Shown here piece after piece: positions 59,956-64,000 of a stretch of DNA of 64,000 bases. Within the stretch, counting starts at the first letter, position 1; each line of letters opens with the position of its first letter. The stretch comes from Arcobacteraceae bacterium (GTDB lineage Bacteria; Campylobacterota; Campylobacteria; Campylobacterales; Arcobacteraceae): contig OY759974.1 of assembly GCA_963662945.1 (NCBI GenBank), forward strand, positions 2,336,001 through 2,400,000, given 5' to 3'. Position numbers and translations under genes: made by a program. The notes under the pieces are model-generated. The model saw only the letters and a program-made list of their open reading frames with translations. It searched no databases and was not told the origin of the DNA.

Positions 59956-60891
59956 TTGTTATATGAAGAGTTAAAAACAACTGTTAAAAATCTAGGTTTT
60001 TCTACAATTGAAAGTTTTGCTAACTATGTAGGTGTTACACCTAGTGATATATTAGACTGGGAACAAAAAGATGAGATACCTTATACAATAGCTCTTATAG
60101 TACATCTACTTCAAGGTGAACAAGAGGTTCCAGGAGAAAATAATTCCTTAGATCTTTTAGTTGAAGAGTGTTTGCCACTAGCAGCGTTACTTGAAGAATC
60201 ATCAAGTTTTCCTGCAAAGTTAGAAGAGATGTTTGTATTACAAAAAAAATTAAATGATGATACAAATGGAACAAATTGGGAATTAGGTATCAATAAATAT
60301 GATAAAGAGATTAATTGGTTAAGATGTATCCATATGGAAGTTGCAGAACTAATTGATTCTACACCTTGGAAGCATTGGAAAAATATCAGTGAGCAACCAG
60401 ACTTAAATAATCTTCATGTGGAACTTGTAGATGTATGGCATTTTTTAATGAGTTATATTTTACAAGAAACAAATATCCCAAAAGCTGTATCCTTAGTAAA
60501 TACACATTGTATCTATGAAGCAGTAGAAATACAAGATATTGATGTAAAACTTATAGTAAAAGAAGCTGAAAAACTTTCTTATATAGCATTTGCAATTGAA
60601 ACTGGAAATATGCCACAGTTTAGTGGAGTTGAAAGATTTATTGATCAGTTCTTTAGATGTTGTAAACTTTCAGGACTTAGTTTCTCTTGGCTACAAAAGC
60701 TTTATATAGGTAAAAACTCTTTAAATAAATTCAGACAAGACAATGGATATAAAGAGGGTACTTATATAAAAGTATGGAATGGACAAGAAGATAATGTAGT
60801 GATGATAGAGATATTAGAAGGATTGGAAAATGCTTCTTATAATACTGTATATAAAGAGCTACAAATAAAATATGATATGTTGGATTCTTAA
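59956..60891 (+). CDS. dut: Dimeric (all-alpha, Campylobacter-type) dUTPase with N-terminal HTH-like extension
   Basis: MFVLQKKLND, EVAELIDSTPWKHWK, ELVDVWHF, KNSLNKFRQDNGYKEGTY.K.WNG.EDN; extra ~80-aa N-terminus. Confidence 0.9.
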   Translation: MLYEELKTTVKNLGFSTIESFANYVGVTPSDILDWEQKDEIPYTIALIVHLLQGEQEVPGENNSLDLLVEECLPLAALLEESSSFPAKLEEMFVLQKKLNDDTNGTNWELGINKYDKEINWLRCIHMEVAELIDSTPWKHWKNISEQPDLNNLHVELVDVWHFLMSYILQETNIPKAVSLVNTHCIYEAVEIQDIDVKLIVKEAEKLSYIAFAIETGNMPQFSGVERFIDQFFRCCKLSGLSFSWLQKLYIGKNSLNKFRQDNGYKEGTYIKVWNGQEDNVVMIEILEGLENASYNTVYKELQIKYDMLDS

Positions 60892-61313
60892 GAATTCGTA
60901 AAAAACTTATAACTTATTATTAGAAAAAGGTATCGACTAGCTTTTGCTATAACAACTAAAAAGATAAATTTTTTTAAGTTGTACCTTAACATACCAGCTA
61001 CAAATGTTATTGGGTCGCCAATTATTGGTACCCACGACAACAACAATGAATATCCCCCAAATCTATCAAAATAATTTTTTGCTTTAGTGATATGTTTTTC
61101 CTTCACGACTTTGTGATTAACTAAATACTTTTCACCCTTTAAACCTAGCCAATAATTTATCAATGAACCTAATGAGTTACCAAAAGTAGCAAAAAAGAAG
61201 AGTAAGTAAAGATTTAAGTTAATGGAAATATCATATAAAAGTAATGCTTCACTTCCCATGGGAAAAATTGTTGCAGATATTAATGAGATAAAAAATAGAT
61301 AGATGTAATTCAT
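60888..61313 (-). CDS. YqaA-like DedA/VTT-family membrane protein
   Basis: SATIFPMGSEA, GNSLGSLINYWLG, LLSWVPIIGDPIT, KASRY. Confidence 0.9.
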   Translation of the reverse strand: MNYIYLFFISLISATIFPMGSEALLLYDISINLNLYLLFFFATFGNSLGSLINYWLGLKGEKYLVNHKVVKEKHITKAKNYFDRFGGYSLLLSWVPIIGDPITFVAGMLRYNLKKFIFLVVIAKASRYLFLIISYKFFTNS

Positions 61314-61384
61314 GTGGTATAATAACTAATTAATATTTAAGTAGTCTATAACTATAATTAATTTATACACACAAAGGTTTTTTT

Positions 61385-61858
61385 ATGAATAATATTATTT
61401 TTGCATTACTGTTTAGTATGACGTCTTTATTTGCTGTTGACATGGATAATGATTTAGTTCAGGATAATGTTGATAGTTGTCTTGATACACCAGCTGGTGT
61501 GTTTGTTGATATGCAAGGGTGTACTAAAGAGATAGAAAGAGTTGTTCATTTTGATCATAACTCTTATATGCTTGATATAGAGAATATGCAGTTATTGCAA
61601 GAATATACACAGTTAGCAAGTGAGGCTTTTGGATATGATATCGTATTAAAAGGGCATACAGACTCAACAGCTGATTATAAAACAAATCTAATCCTTTCAA
61701 AAAAGAGGGTGTATACAGTTATGAAGCATTTGGAAGAAGCAGGTATTGATACAAAAAGAATATCTGTTAAGTGGTATGGGGAAACTATGCCTATTGCTAC
61801 AAATGTAACACCAGAGGGTAGAGCAATCAACAGAAGAGTTGAAATAATCTTAAAATAA
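61385..61858 (+). CDS. Exported OmpA-C-domain (peptidoglycan-binding) protein without a beta-barrel
   Basis: Signal peptide, DSCLDTPAG..VD..GC linker, VHFD, GHTDS, NLILSKKR, GETMP, NRRVEI. Confidence 0.9.
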   Translation: MNNIIFALLFSMTSLFAVDMDNDLVQDNVDSCLDTPAGVFVDMQGCTKEIERVVHFDHNSYMLDIENMQLLQEYTQLASEAFGYDIVLKGHTDSTADYKTNLILSKKRVYTVMKHLEEAGIDTKRISVKWYGETMPIATNVTPEGRAINRRVEIILK

Positions 61859-62026
61859 AAAATTATAGAATAGTATATGTGCTTCAAATAGTAACATTAA
61901 AACATTATATGGAAAAATCTATATAACTATTAAAAACTATATTAAACATTATACGATATGATATCTTCAGTAATGTATGAGAATCATATATTCTATTTAA
62001 TTTAATTGAATAATGAAGGGGAAAAT

Positions 62027-62359
62027 ATGTCTTTAATGAAAGCACCTGAAAATACTCCAGTATGGGTTGATACAAGCCGATGTAAAGCATGTGATATATG
62101 TGTTTCAGTTTGTCCTGCCGGAGTGTTATCAATGAAAGCAGAACCGTCGTCTACTTTAGGAGCGATGATAGATATTGTTGCAATTGATAGTTGTATAGGT
62201 TGTAATGACTGTGAATTAAACTGTCCAGATTTCGCAATATATGTTGCAGATAAAAAAGCAGATAATATTAAATTTGCAAAATTAACAGATGAAGCAAAAG
62301 CAAGAGCTGCTGCAATTATAGAAAATAACTATAGATTACCTGAAAATTACGGGAAATAA
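62027..62359 (+). CDS. oorD: 2-oxoglutarate:acceptor oxidoreductase delta (ferredoxin) subunit
   Basis: PVWVD..RCKACDICVSVCP and CIGCNDCELNCPDFAI; first gene of the oor operon. Confidence 0.93.
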   Translation: MSLMKAPENTPVWVDTSRCKACDICVSVCPAGVLSMKAEPSSTLGAMIDIVAIDSCIGCNDCELNCPDFAIYVADKKADNIKFAKLTDEAKARAAAIIENNYRLPENYGK

Positions 62360-62370
62360 GGAGAAAATTA

Positions 62371-63513
62371 ATGGCAACTAGAGAAATAATATCTACTGGT
62401 AATGACTTGGCTGCAATTGCAGCTGTTGATGCTGGTTGTGAATTTTTTGGAGGGTATCCAATTACTCCTTCAAGTGAGGTAATGCATACTATATCAGATC
62501 TTTTACCAAAAAATGGTGGAGCTGCAATTCAGATGGAAGATGAGATAGCAGGTGTTGCATGTGCTATTGGTGCTTCTATGAGTGGTGTAAGAGCTATGAC
62601 TGCAACTTCTGGACCAGGGATTTCACTAAAAGCTGAAAACTTAGGACTTGCTCAAATGGCAGAAGTACCTTTAGTAGTAGTAAATGTTATGAGAGGTGGA
62701 CCTTCAACTGGTTTACCAACAAGGGTATCTCAAGGGGATGTTGCACAAGCGAAAAATCCTTCTCATGGTGATTATAAATCTATCACATTATGTGCAGGTA
62801 GTTTAGCTGAGTGTTATACAGAAACAGTAAGAGCTTTTAATCTTGCAGATAGATTTATGCAACCAGTTTTTGTGTTACTAGATGAAACACTTGGACATAT
62901 GCATGGAAAAGCTATGATACCTACAAAAGAAGAGGTAAAAGCAGGAATTGTACCAAGAAAAAAATTCGAAGGCGCACCTGAAGATTATAGACCATACGGT
63001 GTTGCACAAGATGAGCCAGCTGTATTAAATCCAATGTTCCAGGGGTATAGATACCACTTTACAGGATTACACCATGATGCAAAAGGTTTTCCAACTGAAG
63101 AGATTACTACTTGTAGATTATTGATTGAAAGATTATTTAATAAAATTGAAGCTCATGAAGATGAATTAGAATCTTATGAAGAATATATGATGGATGATGC
63201 TGATTTTATGATCATAGCTTATGGTTCAGTATCACTAGCAGCAAAAGAAACAATTAGACACTTAAGAAAAGATGGTATTAAAGCTGGTTTATTTAGACCA
63301 ATCACTTTATGGCCAAGTCCAGCTAAAAAAATCAAAGAATGGACAAGTAAAATTCAAGATGTATTATGTGTTGAGTTAAATATTGGTCAATATAGAGATG
63401 AGATTCAAAGAGCTTCTGGAAGACTTGATATTGAAGGACTATTTAAAGTTAATGGTAGAGCGTTATCTCCATATGAAATAGTTGAAAAAGTGAAAGAGAT
63501 GAGAGGTAACTAA
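62371..63513 (+). CDS. oorA: 2-oxoglutarate:acceptor oxidoreductase alpha subunit
   Basis: GYPITPSSE, QMEDEIAG, TATSGPG, MRGGPSTGLPT. Confidence 0.95.
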   Translation: MATREIISTGNDLAAIAAVDAGCEFFGGYPITPSSEVMHTISDLLPKNGGAAIQMEDEIAGVACAIGASMSGVRAMTATSGPGISLKAENLGLAQMAEVPLVVVNVMRGGPSTGLPTRVSQGDVAQAKNPSHGDYKSITLCAGSLAECYTETVRAFNLADRFMQPVFVLLDETLGHMHGKAMIPTKEEVKAGIVPRKKFEGAPEDYRPYGVAQDEPAVLNPMFQGYRYHFTGLHHDAKGFPTEEITTCRLLIERLFNKIEAHEDELESYEEYMMDDADFMIIAYGSVSLAAKETIRHLRKDGIKAGLFRPITLWPSPAKKIKEWTSKIQDVLCVELNIGQYRDEIQRASGRLDIEGLFKVNGRALSPYEIVEKVKEMRGN

Positions 63514-63515
63514 CA

Positions 63516-64000
63516 ATGGCATTTAATTATGATAAATACTTAAGATTAGAAAAAATGCCAACACTATGGTGTTGGGGATGTGGTGATGGTGTTATTTTAA
63601 AAGCCGTTATCAGAGCGATAGATAAATGTGGTTGGAAACAAGATGATGTATGTGTGGTTTCTGGTATTGGATGTTCTGGAAGATTTTCTTCTTATGTTGA
63701 TTTTAATACAGTACATACAACTCATGGTAGAACAGTAGCATTTGCAACAGGTATCAAACTAGCAAATCCAGATAAACATGTAATTTGTGTTGCTGGAGAT
63801 GGAGATGCACTAGCGATTGGTGGAAATCATACAATTCATGGTTGTAGAAGAAATATTGATATTAACTTTATAGTTATCAATAACTTTATCTATGGTCTTA
63901 CAAATTCACAAACAAGTCCTACAACACCACAAGGTATGTGGACTGTATCTCAAAAAGCTGGTAATATTGACCCAACTTTTGATGCTTGTAAGTTAGCTAT
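63516..64000 (+). CDS. oorB: 2-oxoglutarate:acceptor oxidoreductase beta subunit (truncated by the window end)
   Basis: Manual translation MAFNYDKYLRLEKMPTLWCWGCGDG...SGIGCSGR...HTTHGR...GDGDALAIGGNH...NNFIYGLTNSQTSPTTP. Confidence 0.95.
   Translation, partial: MAFNYDKYLRLEKMPTLWCWGCGDGVILKAVIRAIDKCGWKQDDVCVVSGIGCSGRFSSYVDFNTVHTTHGRTVAFATGIKLANPDKHVICVAGDGDALAIGGNHTIHGCRRNIDINFIVINNFIYGLTNSQTSPTTPQGMWTVSQKAGNIDPTFDACKLA

Noticed and set aside
1-64000. CRISPR arrays, IS elements, rRNA, long poly-G/C phase-variation tracts
   Set aside because: None seen on reading the intergenic regions and ORF set.

Overview
AT-rich chromosomal window from a Campylobacterota bacterium, probably Arcobacteraceae-like. 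This is inferred from gene content (oorDAB, fused CcsBA, Campylobacter-type dimeric dUTPase, nspC, TGnTATAAT promoters, A/F-type prepilin); no database search was possible. Most of it is core genome: trpA/trpB, panB, ruvB, recR, fbp, the oadGAB-pckA run, rpoD, leuDB, dnaJ, nadB, nhaD, guaA, gmhBA, apt, pepA, malic enzyme, ychF, cmoB, ccsBA, and a C4/TCA cluster (mdh, two-subunit fumarase, sucCD, oorDAB). It also has many signalling genes: two-component proteins, two heme-c diguanylate cyclases and one degenerate GGDEF protein. I saw no transposase, integrase, prophage structural gene or CRISPR array. Elements missed by the ORF track: (1) an atypical tRNA-Glu(UUC) with C37, A32-U38 and an A/U-rich T-stem, suggesting a non-ribosomal tRNA; (2) a 24-aa ORF divergent from an orphan CI/LexA-like repressor whose consensus promoter contains a palindrome; (3) a leaderless 58-aa four-Cys protein upstream of an HTH-fused dUTPase; (4) a CIRCE-like element at htpX; (5) a candidate sRNA; (6) a candidate leader peptide before a CNNM/CorB Mg2+ transporter; (7) an LptM-like mini-lipoprotein; (8) a long palindrome after guaA; (9) a gene bracketed by two copies of the same terminator. 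Functional calls come from motif recognition only.
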